Assembly (NCBI RefSeq): GCF_001194135.2
Contig: NC_068983.1
Coordinates: 143,034,796-143,098,795 of the forward strand
Direction of reading: 5' to 3'
Length of the DNA: 64,000 nucleotides
DNA from: Octopus bimaculoides
Lineage: Eukaryota
The notes below the pieces were generated by a model. It ran no database searches, had not been told where the DNA came from, and saw only the letters and a program-made list of their open reading frames with translations. How positions within the stretch are numbered: the first letter of the stretch is position 1; every line of letters starts with the position of its first letter. Position numbers and translations under genes: made by a program. Shown piece by piece: positions 26,430 to 39,188 of the stretch.

Positions 26430-27413
26430 TCCTTCTAGATTGTAAAGTATGGTTTGAGGGAGTTTTTTGCTATTATGTCTAATAGGTTGAACAACCTTAT
26501 AGAGGTTCCCTAATTGATTTGCAGTCATAGTAATAATAGTCTCATAGTCACAGGTAAGAGGTAAATAAATGGACCTTATTTCAGCCATGTAAGAGCCTTT
26601 AAACAGTTTCAGAAATATCATCTTATTGGATATGAACAATGTTAGTCTCTAGTAAACAGGCTTTGTCAGAGAGAGAACAAGAGTATTATAATAATCTTAG
26701 CATTCCAAGCTTACAAGATATTTGCTAGTTATAACACTACTCTGTCTGCCTCTGCTCCCAACAGCAGTGAATTGCTGAACCTTTCCATAGTACCAAGTGA
26801 CAGCTAGTTTGGACTGGGAGGAGAAAGGAAGGTTGGCAATTAGCTGACCCAGTATTATTGTACTGACACTTATTTAATTGATTCTGGAAGGATGAAAAGG
26901 TATAATGTTTGATCCCAATGAGTTGTGATTGTAAATACACAAAGCATCATTACAGATTTAGATACCATGAAGCCTCTCTAATATGACACCCAAAACATTT
27001 GCACTGATTCACTTGTTTCGGAATATTGATCAAATAATGAATAAATTTGATTGGAATATCGGCTCTATATCTAGAGAAACATCCTGATACTGTCCTATTT
27101 TTTTATCCTTTCTTTTCTTTGATATTTTATCTCTTTCCCCCTTTCTCCTTCTCCCTCCTTCCTCTCTCTGTCATAGTTATACTGTTATAGGGAACTAGTT
27201 AATCTCCAAAGAGACAACTGATTAAAACTAATTAGGGCTCTCCTTGCATCTTAATAGCTCCTTACACAATTCACACTGAGCAGTGATTTCCCACAGTAGT
27301 ACAAAACTAAATATTTGTAAGGACGAGAGTGAAGTGTGGGGTGGGGGAGTATAGAGTTGATAGAATTATCCCTAGTTGTGTCTGGAACTTATTTTATCAT
27401 CCCTAAAGATTAA

Positions 27414-27628
27414 CCCTGTAGCATTTAAACTGGCCATATCTGGCCCAAATATTCTACCAGTTTTATGTTCAAACCAGCCAGATCCGCCTCTCACACCTAC
27501 CATACAATGTTACTGTAAAAATGAATGATCAAGTTATCATCATTAGCTCTGAGATAATGCATGATTAATTAAAAGATGTATAAATGAATAAGCATTACAT
27601 TTGACAGGGTAATCTGAATGCCAAAGGG
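27414..27628. mobile_element. piggyBac-type MITE, 215 bp
   Basis: TTAA at 27410-27413 and 27629-27632. Imperfect TIR ccctgtagcattt / gaatgccaaaggg. Confidence 0.75.
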
Positions 27629-29225
27629 TTAAGGTTAAAAACAGTGCAAGGAAACTGCTGGTAGTTAACAGTGACAAAAATTATACTCTGAATGTGAGTT
27701 TGGATAAGTTTGTATATTACTGATTTTTGTGGGATATGAATTTAGAATGAAGATGGACAAGGCCAAATGCTATAGACTAACACTCTAATGTTTCTGCCAC
27801 TGTATTTTCAGATAATCCTTTTGATATCAAATCACCTGACACTGCTCCTGGTTTCATGATACCAACTTCCTGTATTAAAGTGAATTAAATTAAAATCTGC
27901 CATCAAAATTTCTTGCTAAGTTTCAAACACCAACTTAATAATGACAAAGTTATTTTGTGAAATTCTTGTTTTCAAAATTAAATGAATCAAAGGCAGAAAT
28001 ATGGTAACAAAAGGTTTAAATAAAATATAAAATCAAAAACAAAAGTAAGGTGTTGTAGATTTTTAGATATGCATCATTAGAAGAAACCAAAAATGTAGAC
28101 AAGAGATTTCTCAGAGTAAGTTTGGCATTGAAAAGAGCAATAAGTGTAGTTTTAGTACATCAGGCACTGTTTATGATTATCAGTTGATGAAAACCAGGAA
28201 GATAGTAATAGCTATGATGGATAGCATGGGCAAATATTGATGACATCTATTAAAAATAAATTTCACAAACTTCCATCTTTGTTTTGACAGAATTTTGAGA
28301 CAGCCCTAAATGTTGTTGTATGTTGATGTTTTTAAGGCTTAACCTACAATCAACACGATCCTTATAATTAATGGTGTTCAAGCTGTGGCCACCCATCTTT
28401 TTTAAAGTTACATTAGTCAATGTGTCTTTCCTTTTTCATTATAATAAGTATGATTTGAAGGAAATTTGGCAACGATTTCTTGTAGGGCTAACAACCATGT
28501 GTAGGTTCTCTCATTGATTCATCTGTTTGTGTGTTATCTTAGAATGTAAGATCTTGAATAATTTAATCACCAAGATCAAACTCTTGAAAAGAAGATGAAT
28601 AAAATCTACTTTGGAAATTTTGGAGGTTATCTTATTGGCTGATAAATAATATTAAATTATATGAATATTATTTTTTATAATTATATTTTGTTGTTATAAT
28701 GTATATAAAAAATTTTAAATAATTGTTTAAAACAATGAATGAATATCAAGGAAATGATACAGAAAATAATTTGTTTAAATAGAAAATGAAGGAGAAATCC
28801 TTATCTACTTGGTTAGATTCTGCAATGTTTATCTAAATCTTTTCAGCATTATTTAATTATTAACTTATTTTGATTAGGTACAAGACATATTTTTTAAAAA
28901 AAAGTTGTCTATTGCAAATTAATGATATTAACTTTATCAAAAGAGGACAAGTAAAAACTGGCTTTATCAGGATTTTAATATAAAGTAAAGCTTTTGAATT
29001 TGTTTATGTTATCTTATTTGTCATTATGGTTAAAGTGATTAAGATGAATACTGTTTTACCAAAGAAATCCAGCTGGCAGGGGCATATATATATATATATA
29101 TATATATTCTGGGTGTGATAGGTGAGCATTGCACACCCAGGTAAAATGGCAAATTTTCTTTATAATGATTTTGTTTAAGCAGTAAAATAATGTAATTATC
29201 ATCATCATCATTACCACCACCATCA

Positions 29226-29660
29226 GGATGCCCTTCCATCATATCGGAAGGGCATCCAGCTGTAGAAACTCTGCCCAATCAGATTGGAACCTGGTGTAGC
29301 CATCTGGTTCACTAGTCCTCAGTCAAATTGTCCAACCCATGCTAGCATGGAAAGCGGTCGTTAAACGATGATGATCAGCATCACCCTTTAGCATCCATGT
29401 TCCATGCCAAGCAATCTGATAGAAACCGATGGGTTCAAGGACTGCATTGTGCTCCAATATCTGCTTTGGCATGATTTCTATAGCTGGATGCCTTTCTTAA
29501 TGCTAACCACTTAACAGTTAGTACAGGATGCTTTTTTCATGGCACCAGATTAAGATCTTCAGCTGAGTGGGGCTACAGTAAAGAAAGAGGTGGCTTTATG
29601 TAAGGAAATGAGGGATTAAAGTATGAGAAAAGAGGCCAGAATGGAACAGTTTTGTTTCTG
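29226..29660. mobile_element. Two RTE-tailed elements tail-to-tail
   Basis: Plus copy 29246-29375 ends gttaaacgatgatgat. Minus copy from ~29378 contains tttctatagctggatgcctttct. Confidence 0.65.
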
Positions 29661-29689
29661 TTGAGAAGTGACATGACTACTTACATCAT

Positions 29690-29761
<72 letters not shown>

Positions 29762-29870
29762 GTGGTAATGTGGTGTCAGTGTGGATCCTAAAGATATGAG
29801 GTAAATAAAACTATTAATAAGAAAAAAACAACAACAAAAAATGACAATAGAAATTTTGTTTTGACAAAAT

Positions 29871-30132
29871 TTAGTGACATAATAATCAAAGGTTGTAGCA
29901 AATGCAGCAATGCCAAACACTCCAAATACATGAATTTTCAGACCAACATGAAGTCCTAGTACAACCTCAATAACACCTCCGGATACTGTACCATCCAGTA
30001 ATTCCCTCTGCTTCCTTCTAAATTGTTTTCAGTACCTGCAAACATAACACCAACTAATACAAAGTTTTTTTTACATACAAAACTGTGCATGCCTTCATTT
30101 CTTTTAGTTATAATGTGGTTGGAATTTCTTTG
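29871..30132 (-). pseudogene. TIMM22: Decayed copy of the C-terminal half of mitochondrial inner-membrane translocase TIM22
   Basis: Joined frames give LKEMKACTVLYV/KNFVLVGVMFAGTE..SRG/LLDGTVSGGVIEVVLGLHVGLKIHVFGVFGIAAFATTFDYY..H*. Compare Tim22 LKDM..[56 protein letters not shown]. One upstream in-frame stop and at least two frameshifts. Confidence 0.75.
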
Positions 30133-30774
30133 TAAATGTAATAATAAACAAAGAAAAAGGTTAAGTCAAGTTGAAGTTATACTCATTTGATACGAAGTTG
30201 AGAAATAGCCTAAAGTTTGTATGTTTATTCATGTAAGAGTATTAAGTTCAGTACATTAGCATACCCAGTGACAACAATCACAATTAGCTATCGCCAACCA
30301 GTCTTCATAAATATTGTGAGTGGTATAGAATTGGCAATAGTCTCCCAACAATTGAGTTTGTAACCCAATTTCCATTCCTAGTTGTAATTTTTTTCACTTC
30401 ACATATTGCACTAAAGCTTTTAGGAAACCGTATTTGTCACAACCGCTCCTCTTTCTGTATCCATCTAAAGTCAAAGAGATTATCATCACCAAATGATGAA
30501 TAATTTCTGATCATGAAGAATTAAAGAATTGGTTCTATTTTACAACATGGGACAAATAAGTAGTTATCATTGTCCTTTATTATAATATTTAGCCACAGAT
30601 ATTTCATTCTGAATAGTTTAAGTCAACATTTACTATTTATTGTTTTCCATTAAAACTTAAGGACAAGGTGCTGGCTCTGAGGTAGAGAAGTACTTTAGTA
30701 AAAGTGTAGCAGACTGTCATGCTATGTGGCCTAGATATTCTATCAACAATATGATCCACAAGTCATGAATATTT

Positions 30775-31140
30775 AGGCACAGGTTCCAGGTTCAGTCCCA
30801 CTGTGTGGAACTTTGGGCAAATGTCTTCTACTATAGCTCCAGGCTGAACAAAGCCTTGTGAGTGGATTTGGTTGACAGAAACTGAAAGAAGCCCATTGTA
30901 TATACATGAGTATGTGCATGCACGTCTGTGTGTGTGTATGCCTGTGTGTGTTTCTTTGTGCCTATGTTAGTCCCCCACTGCTTGACAACTGACATTCATG
31001 TCTCTACATCCCAGTAACCTAGGAGTTTAGTAAAAGAGAATGATAGAATAAGTATCAGGGTCAATTTGTATGACTCAAATTCTTCAAGGTAGTACCCTCA
31101 GCATGGCTGCAGTCTAATGGTTGAAACAAGTAAAAGATAA
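30775..31140 (+). mobile_element. Family-B SINE, diverged
   Basis: ggttccaggttcagtcccactgtgtgg..ggttgaaacaagtaaaagataa. Confidence 0.8.
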
Positions 31141-32834
31141 AAAATTATTCTTACTGACAAGATTCTTTTACTCTGTATGGTTAAGCAGTTCACTTTGCAA
31201 CCATAAAGTTCCTTCCGAGTCTTGATCCCTTGTACTGCAACTCAGGCAACCACTACATCCTTAGGTTGACTGTAAGTGAAATTTGGTACATAGAACCTGT
31301 GTGAAATCTTATTCATTCATGCATACACACATGCAAATGTGTGTATCTGTATATGGGTAAACTGGTGCAAATACCATGTGGTATTTACATCCACAGAAGG
31401 GAGATAACTCTTGAAAGCGCCATAATGCAGGTGATTGCTAAAATAACACCAGACTAAGTACTGGAGTCAGGATATGGTAGATCAAAGCTTAGAAGGAACT
31501 TTGTGGTATTCAGCTATGCCTGTATAATTATCATGTATTAACAGAGTTAAAAGTAGATTTTTCAATAACTTGTAAATCATATATAATGTAATTGAGTCTT
31601 CATAGAATATCTAGGTCATATGACATGACTGTCTGGCTTGAATGTTTGACAATTGTGCTCCTGTATGGCCTTGTGTTCAAAGACCAAAACCAATAAAAGT
31701 GTACCACCCACAAACTTTCAGCTACATGTGTAACTAATTTTTGCATTTTCAAGTAATCTTAAAACATTTACGACAAAATAGCTGAAAATGCTTCCTTAGA
31801 TCCTTAAATTCTGTGTTGAGTTAATAATTTTCTTAACAACTGCAGAAAAAATTACTAACATACATCAGTCCTATTTATATTACCTCCAGTACAGTATCTT
31901 TTAAAGCTTCTAAGGTCTGGTAGTTATAGCAATGATGCAGTCATCTTGATGTACCATGCTTCAACTGTTAATCTCAAGTACTGAATTTTCTCAGTGACAC
32001 ACACATGTATTTAGATTTCTTGGGTTCATGCAAACTTCAAAATATTGAGATAATTATGCTGTCTTTCCTTATGGGTGTCATAAATTCTTATATTATTCTT
32101 ATTCTTAAAGTTGCTCTGCTGGTGCAGTTAACTTACGATTAAAGTTGGTAATTTATCACTGTAAATATATGTACTATGCACTTGCTTTAAGCAAACATTA
32201 AACAATTTTTAGTGCATAATTTAATTTTCTTTGTGCACTGGTTATATGTCACTGCTCACACATATGATTTAGAAGGAACATAACCACACAACTATATATA
32301 AGTTGTATGTGACTAGAATATGACATATCTCTATATTGAATAATCTTAAATCTGCTGATAGTCTTAAATTTTTATTTGGAAAATGTTGAACGAACTGATA
32401 GAGTAAAGAATAACCTGCCAAGTGGTTAGGGAACATTTCCTATCTGAGTATGGGTGCAGGTATGGCGATGTGATTATGAAGTTTACTTCACAATTACATG
32501 TTTGTGAGTTCAATCTCATCACACAGCACTTCCTACTATAGCCTCAGATTCACCCCTACTCCTATTTCTAGCCATCTTTCACTCCCCACTCCCAATTTTG
32601 TAACNNNNNNNNNNCTAGCCATCTTTCACTCCCCACTCCCAATTTTGTAACCTCTACGTACCTATCCTTCCTGATCTTCTGACCCCATGCTCACATCTAA
32701 TCCTCATACCTTGACGGTACTCTAACACCCATATCATCACTATCTTTATCTCTCTTTCCAGCTTCACCCCATTTATTCCCACCAATGTTCATATGATGGG
32801 AAATAGATAAAAAAACATAATTATATTCTCAAAT

Positions 32835-33217
32835 GTTGGCACTCCGTCGCGTACGACGTCAAGGGTTTCAGTTGATCCGATCAACGGAACAGCCTGCTCG
32901 TGAAATTAACGTGCAAGTGGCTGAGCACTCCACAGACACGTGTACCCTTAACGTAGTTCTCGGGGATATTCAGCGTGGCACAGTGTGACAAGGCTGACCT
33001 TTTGAATTACAGGCACAACAGAAACAGGAAGTAAGAGTGAGAGAAAGTTGTGTTGAAAGAGTACAGCAGGGTTCACCACCATCCCCTTCTGGAGCCTTGT
33101 GGAACTTTAGGTGTTTTCGCTCAATAAACACTCACAACGCCTGGTCTGGGAATCGAAACCGTGATCCTATGACCGCAAGTCCGCTGCCCTAACCACTGGG
33201 CCATTGCGCCTCCACAC
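32835..33217 (-). mobile_element. Family-E tRNA SINE, full length; donor of the 24-kb tract
   Basis: 10-bp TSD attctcaaat at 32825-32834 and 33218-33227. Head ggaggcgcaatggcccagtggttagggcagcggac, B box gtttcgattccc. Confidence 0.9.
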
Positions 33218-33369
33218 ATTCTCAAATAACTCTGATATAAAACTGTTTGTTTGAGCTGAAGGAGCTGATATGTTTTTGCATATTGTTAGCTAAGTCTGGA
33301 GGAAAGTCTTAGCAGAGAGCTCCCTCAGTCTGATGACTATTGTTAATATTTCATTTAAACTAAGGTAGC

Positions 33370-33585
33370 AAGCTGACAGAACTGTTAGGATGTGGCAAAA
33401 TGCTTAGTGGCGTTTTGTCCATCTTTGCATTCTGAGTTCAAATTCTGTGAAAATTAACTTTGCCCTTCATCCTTTCAGGGGTCAATAAAACAAGTACCAC
33501 TCAAGTACTGGGGTCAGTGTGATTGACTTAACCCCTTCTATTGCTTGCCTTATGCCAAAATTTAAAACCAATATTTCACTTAAAC
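33370..33585 (+). mobile_element. Family-C SINE
   Basis: agctgacagaactgttagg..ctgagttcaaattc..ccttatgccaaaatttaaaaccaat. Confidence 0.8.
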
Positions 33586-33689
33586 AGTTGTATGTTGCAA
33601 ATTGATAACTACAGGAAAGACATGCAGAGAGGACCAATGCCCTGAAGCGGAAATGAATGGGATATAAAAGTGGCTCATGCAGGGCTTGC

Positions 33690-33885
33690 AGGAGCTTCAG
33701 CCTGCTGGAAATAGCAGTCAAATTTCCTTCAACACACATCTTAATGTCTTCAAAAGGGAAGACACATTAGATAATGTAGTCCTAGATGTGATACAGCCAA
33801 AAAAAGTTAAGGTTGTCAATGTTGAAATGCTTTTGATGTGTGGGCCTGCTCAGTCAAGACTAACCTCAAGCTAAACAACATCATT
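33690..33885 (+). repeat. Representative of an old, abundant short interspersed repeat with a (CAA)-like end
   Basis: ctgctggaaatagcagtcaaat..gataatgtagtcctaga..tgcttttgat..aaacaaca. Fragments in both orientations at ~3230-3640, 22960, 24750, 26455, 40570-40780, 47900, 48330-48500, 52560-52710, 53270-53870, 60520-60800 and 61090. Confidence 0.55.
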
Positions 33886-35191
33886 TTATGTTTATTCTAC
33901 TGAAGTCTTGGGTAGATAGGATAAACACCTTACTCTGAGAATCAGATGAAATAAACAAGAACCATCTCCCCACCACCTTCTCAAAGTTAATCTTCTCCTA
34001 TTTCAGTTGTAGGACCTACTTTAACTACCTAGTAGAGAACTCTTTAAGAATGTATTTCATACATAATGGGAATTTTATAGCTTGCTTTATCTACTGTATC
34101 AGATTTCAGCTTCTCTTCACAGAATAATTCTGCAGTAATCTATATGCTAGCCATTCCTGGCACCAATAACTCCCTTACACTGCTGATATTTCACTGAGTT
34201 CATATTTATTAGTTCTTGGTTCACTCAACCAAAATATAATAATCCCCCTCCATTTTCACTAACATCTATTATATGGTTTGCTATCTCTCTTTCACTATTC
34301 ACTATTTTTCTGCTCTTTCTCCATTCTTATTTCCTCTCTTTCTCTCTCTCTTTTTCTCTCTCTCTCTCTCTAGGTATCTATTTTTCACTGTCTCTTTTTC
34401 TCTTTAGATCTCTGTCTCTTATACTCTATACCTCTTCCTTTATCTATTGTTTGTGATTTTAAAAGATTCATTATGATGAGAGTAAGAGACAAAGGAATAA
34501 AAGGAGACTAGTAATAGTCTGCAAAAAAGACTGGGGTCCCAGAACAGAACAAAACAAGCTCTCTGAAACACCAGAATTCCCCACTTTTCATGCTATATGA
34601 ATTTATATTTTACAAATTATAAGGAAAGAAAGATTTTGTGAAAATACCAAAAGATAAGAATTTGTTAAACAGAAGAAAAGAATTCAATGAGAAAGAGGAG
34701 AGAAAAAAAGAAACTGCAGGTGGAATAAAATGGAAATGATGACAAAACAGAAAGGGGAAGAAAAGAAGGATGCCTCAATGTATACCTTACATATATATAT
34801 GTATGTATGTATTTACATACAACCATGGCACAATGTGCAGACAAAGAGATATAACCCCCCCCCCACACACACACACACATCAGACATGGACATGTGATTA
34901 AAAGTTTGCTTTCCAACCACATGGTTCCAGGTTCAGTCCCACTGCATGGCACCTTGGGCAAGTGTTTTCTACTAAAGTCTTGGGTTGACAAAAGCCTTGT
35001 AAGTGGATTTGGTAGACAAATTGAAAGCAGTCAGTTGTGTGTGTGTGTGTGTGTGTGTGTNNNNNNNNNNNNNNNNNNNNNNNNNNNNNNNNNNNNNNNN
35101 NNNNNNNNNNNNNNNNNNNNNNNNNNNNNNNNNNNNNNNNNNNNNNNNNNNNNNNNNNNNNNNNNNNNNNNNNNNNNNNNNNNCATGTGCA

Positions 35192-35224
<33 letters not shown>

Positions 35225-35254
35225 ATGTATGTATGTATGTATGTATGTCATAAT

Positions 35255-36010
35255 TCAGTTTATTTCAAGATTTCTTGCCAATAGAGAAAGAATCGGTTTC
35301 TAACCTAGATCCAAGGTTCCTTCATTGGAATTTCAACATCAACAGCAGGGTATTTTTGTTTGTATGTATGTATGTACAAATGCATGTATTATGTATGGAT
35401 GTATATGCAGATTTGTATGTTTTATGTATGCTTTCTCATGCATAGAGTTACATATCTAGACATGCTCATATATATTTAAATAATGAAGGCATGTGGCTTA
35501 GTGGTTAGGACACTCGGCTCACGATCGTAAGGTCATGAATTGAATTCCTGGAGATAAGTTGTGTCCTTGAGCAAGACACTTTATTTCTCCATTGCTCCAA
35601 TCCACCTAGCTGGCAAAAATGAGTAGTACCTGTATTTCAAATGGCCAGCCTTGTCACACACTGTTTCACACTAAATCTCCCTGAGAACTATGTTAAGGGT
35701 ACACGTGTCTGTGAAGTACTCAGCCAGTTGCACGTTAATTTCATGAGCAAGCTGTTCTGTTGATTGTATCATAACTGATGGACTGCTAATATATTTAAAT
35801 GATAAACTTCTGGAAAGTTTTACAGATTTTTCAGTTCCAGTGATGGATTGGATCTGTAGCCTTTGAATTAGCTTTCTCCTTTCTGGTTTTGAGAAGCCTA
35901 ATTTCTCAAGATTTAGGCAGTGTGTTACATATCCCAGGGCCCCAATAATTACAGGTATGAACCTGAATTTGTAATCTGGATAGAGTAACTGTAGATTTCT
36001 CAATAGTTCA
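35255..36010 (-). mobile_element. 3' end of a non-LTR retrotransposon with restriction-like endonuclease (R4/NeSL-type), interrupted by a SINE
   Basis: RNLQLLYPDYKFRFIPVIIGALGYV..LEKLGF..LQIQSITGT is the typical RLE C-terminus. The 3' UTR runs into a (CATA)n tail at ~35209-35248. Confidence 0.7.
35482..35788 (+). mobile_element. tRNA SINE with CORE-like domain and family-E-like 3' half
   Basis: 12-bp TSD atatatttaaat at 35470-35481 and 35789-35800. gtccttgagcaagacac core; ccttgtcacacactg..gggtacacgtgtctgtg shared with family E. Confidence 0.8.
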
Positions 36011-36089
36011 GCATAAGTGTTCTATTTTTCACTGATCTTCAGCTTTATGTTAACATCTTTATCTTTTACTTCTTTTAGTCATTAAACAG

Positions 36090-36700
36090 TGGCCATGCCT
36101 TCATCATCAAGGAACAAATATTTATTGATTGTAGTTAATGAATATTCTGTTTTCCGTTTGCTTTCTTTTATGATATTTCTTCACTAAGTGCCATTTCTTG
36201 CTTGACTGTGTTATTTTTGGTTTACCTATGTCCACACAGATCAAAGAACATCCTTCATGTCATCTGAAGTGAAGACTTCCTTGATAGAAATATTCCCCAC
36301 TCCAACTTGTCATGAGGCTCCATGCCATCCTGATGGCTATAAGAAGCATGATCATTCTGTTAACATCATCTGGAGAACCATGACATTAGCTCAAAAATCT
36401 ACCCATTTTTTCATGAGAATACGCTTTGCCTGATGCTTTACCTTCAGGGCAATCTTTATTATGTACATCTACAAACTCTACATCTCTTGAACATATCTTT
36501 ATCTTCTTTGAAAACTGGCAAAGGAACGAGTGTGTGCTAATTTGGCTTACCTCTCTCTGAAAGTTTCAGATACGTCTTTGATAAGAAAAGCTCTTTTGAA
36601 CTACTGGAATCAAATCTTCAATATGTTTATATTTGTTTACCAAGTGATCGAGAATATAAGATAGAAATGAGAGACTTATCCTTGCCAGGAGATACCCCAG
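36090..36700 (+). mobile_element. Decayed Ty3/Gypsy integrase
   Basis: MPSSSRNKYLLIVVNEYS; IFGLPMS/HTDQRTSFMSSEVK; IIWRTM; LPDAL; LESNLQYVYICLPSDREYKIEMRDL. Many frameshifts. Confidence 0.75.
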
Positions 36701-37984
36701 ATAAGGCTGAGATTATGTACAATGATGATGCTCCAATTCAAAGTAGCAATATTAATAGGAATTGCTTTGATTTGCCTACCCTAACTCTTGATGAAGCACC
36801 TATACAACAACCAGATCAAACACTACAAATAATGAATCATCCATGGATTTTGTACTGGATCATTCTTTAAAAACTTTTTGAAAGATACTGTTACCCTGTA
36901 AAGTGATTGGTGTTAGGAAAGGTATCCAGCTGTAGAAAACAAGCCAAAAATGAAGCATGAATAAGATGAGGACAAAGAAGGAAACATGAATAAGACAATA
37001 CAAATAAGATAAATGAATGGGTCAGTTGAGAAGTGAACCTATGCTACAACCTTGGTTTTCTGAGTTATTACCATCACTGTACGGTGTTCACACCACCAAA
37101 AGTATATAGTATGTAAAAGGCAGCTGGTAGCAATATCAATAAATTTACATGTCATAGACTGTATCCTTAATGCAAAAGAAAAACATTTCTCTGGAAGTGG
37201 ACTATTAAACCACCATAAAACAAATAAATTAAGTAAGGAGTTTGCATTATTTAAACACGTGTCATGGTTGATACATGCTTTGACAATATAGTCTATGTTC
37301 AGCACTTAGTTGGCCGTTTTTGGTAGAGTAAACACCCAAAGCAGTAACTCAAAACAGTCAAGAATAACTTACACAGTTATTTTATAATTTCAAATGATAT
37401 TATGCTGTGTGTGGTGACGAACATCACCGAAAAAGACCTTTTGCTCTCTGCAAACCAAGCTTGCTATCCAGTTTCAATCTTCCACTTGAATCCATTTCTT
37501 GTCATTTATGCAGCTAATTTCACATTACTTTCCTTTGAAAATTCTCATATTTCAAACTTATGCAAGAAACAAATATTAATGATGGGGTGGGATGAAACAC
37601 ATGCAAGCTTATGCACACTCATGCATATGCACACATGCACACATACAACTTAAACAAATCTACACATGCATTTTCATGCATCTAATCAAAAACCCAGATA
37701 ATCTAATTATGCAGTGAAGCATAAATATAATGCACATTTGATACCTCCTACCTTACATACATACATGCAGCAATAATTATATATATTTTTAAAGTATCAC
37801 TGTATCTTTAACATTATGATAGAATGGGGAAGTGTGTATGCATCTAAAGACACAAAGAATCACACACACACACACACACACACATGCATGCATGCATACA
37901 TATATATTTGTGTGTAAGGAGAGCAGCTTTGTTTTGAACATTGGAAACAGAAACCTAAAAATTTTTATCCAGTGTTTCATCTCA

Positions 37985-38225
37985 TTAAATCCTTTTCATA
38001 TTGGTTTCAAAATTTTGGCACAAGGCTAGCAATTTCAGGAAGGGGGTGTGGGCTTGTTGATTACATCAACCCCAGTACTCAACTGGTACTTATTTTATCA
38101 ACACTGAAAGGATAAAAGGCAAAGTCTACCCCTATGGCATTTGAACTCAGAACATAAAGTCTGAAGAACTGCTGCTAAGTATTTTATCTGGCACAGTAAC
38201 AATTCTGCCAGCTCACTGCCTTAAA
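37985..38225 (-). mobile_element. Family-C SINE
   Basis: attggtttcaaaattttggcacaaggc..tttgaactcagaac..ttctgccagctcactgcctta. Confidence 0.8.
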
Positions 38226-38392
38226 TCCTATTCATATTACCTTCTTATTAGTCCTTTATATTGTCTTATTAGTGTTTTATAGTTTGAACAAAATGTATTC
38301 ATGGAACCAGAAGACCTCAATGTATTCTTGTTGGATGAAATTGTTCTTGTTTTTATTGTTAGGTGAGAAAATACATTCACCCCCACGCACAA

Positions 38393-38472
<80 letters not shown>

Positions 38473-38867
38473 AAAGAAGGATGGGTGTTACTTTCATCAG
38501 CTACATTCTACTCACAAGGTATTGGCCAACCAAAAGCTATGGTGGATGACATCTGCCTAAAGCAGCTGCACAGTAGGACAAAACCTAGAACCACATGGTT
38601 GCAAAGTGAACTTCTTAAATACACATCCATTCTATTAGTGTATTATGCTCTCAAGATATAACTTGGCATGTAAGAAAAAAAAAATTATTGCTAGTTTCCT
38701 AAGCAAAATAACTTGAAGTGAAGTGTGAGAGTCACATCATTCATTTCTTTTGGTTAATATTGATGGACTGAGTAACATAAAATTTGACAAACAATAATCT
38801 TCACTCAGTTAAGGGGACAATTAAGAATTGGGTGCTAGTGTTGGACAACTTTATTCATTCTTGGAGA

Positions 38868-39025
38868 TGCAGACGTGACTGTGTGGTTAAGAAGTTTGCT
38901 TCATGACCACATGGTTTTGGACCTAGTCCTACTGGGCAGCACTTAACTTATTATAACCTTGAGCTGACCAATGCCCTGTGAGTGAATTTGCAGTTAGAAG
39001 CTGTGAAACCTGTCATGTGAGTGTG

Positions 39026-39083
<58 letters not shown>

Positions 39084-39139
39084 NNNNNNNNNNGTGTGTG
39101 TGTGTGTGTGTGCATGCATGTGTGGGTGGGTGAGAGTGA

Positions 39140-39188
<49 letters not shown>

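Noticed and set aside
27811-27890. Apparent plus-strand exon after gtattttcag (NPFDIKSPDTAPG..)
   Set aside because: It lies inside a MITE copy that is also present at 23144-23358.
30161-30608. Protein-looking frame upstream of the TIM22 relic (FRWIQKEERL*QIRFPKSF..)
   Set aside because: About 7 internal stops in ~150 codons is what random AT-rich DNA gives, and I recognise no family.
32576-32651. 37-bp direct duplication around the 10-N gap
   Set aside because: The same sequence on both sides of a placeholder gap is a contig-overlap artefact; the 24-kb copy has it once.
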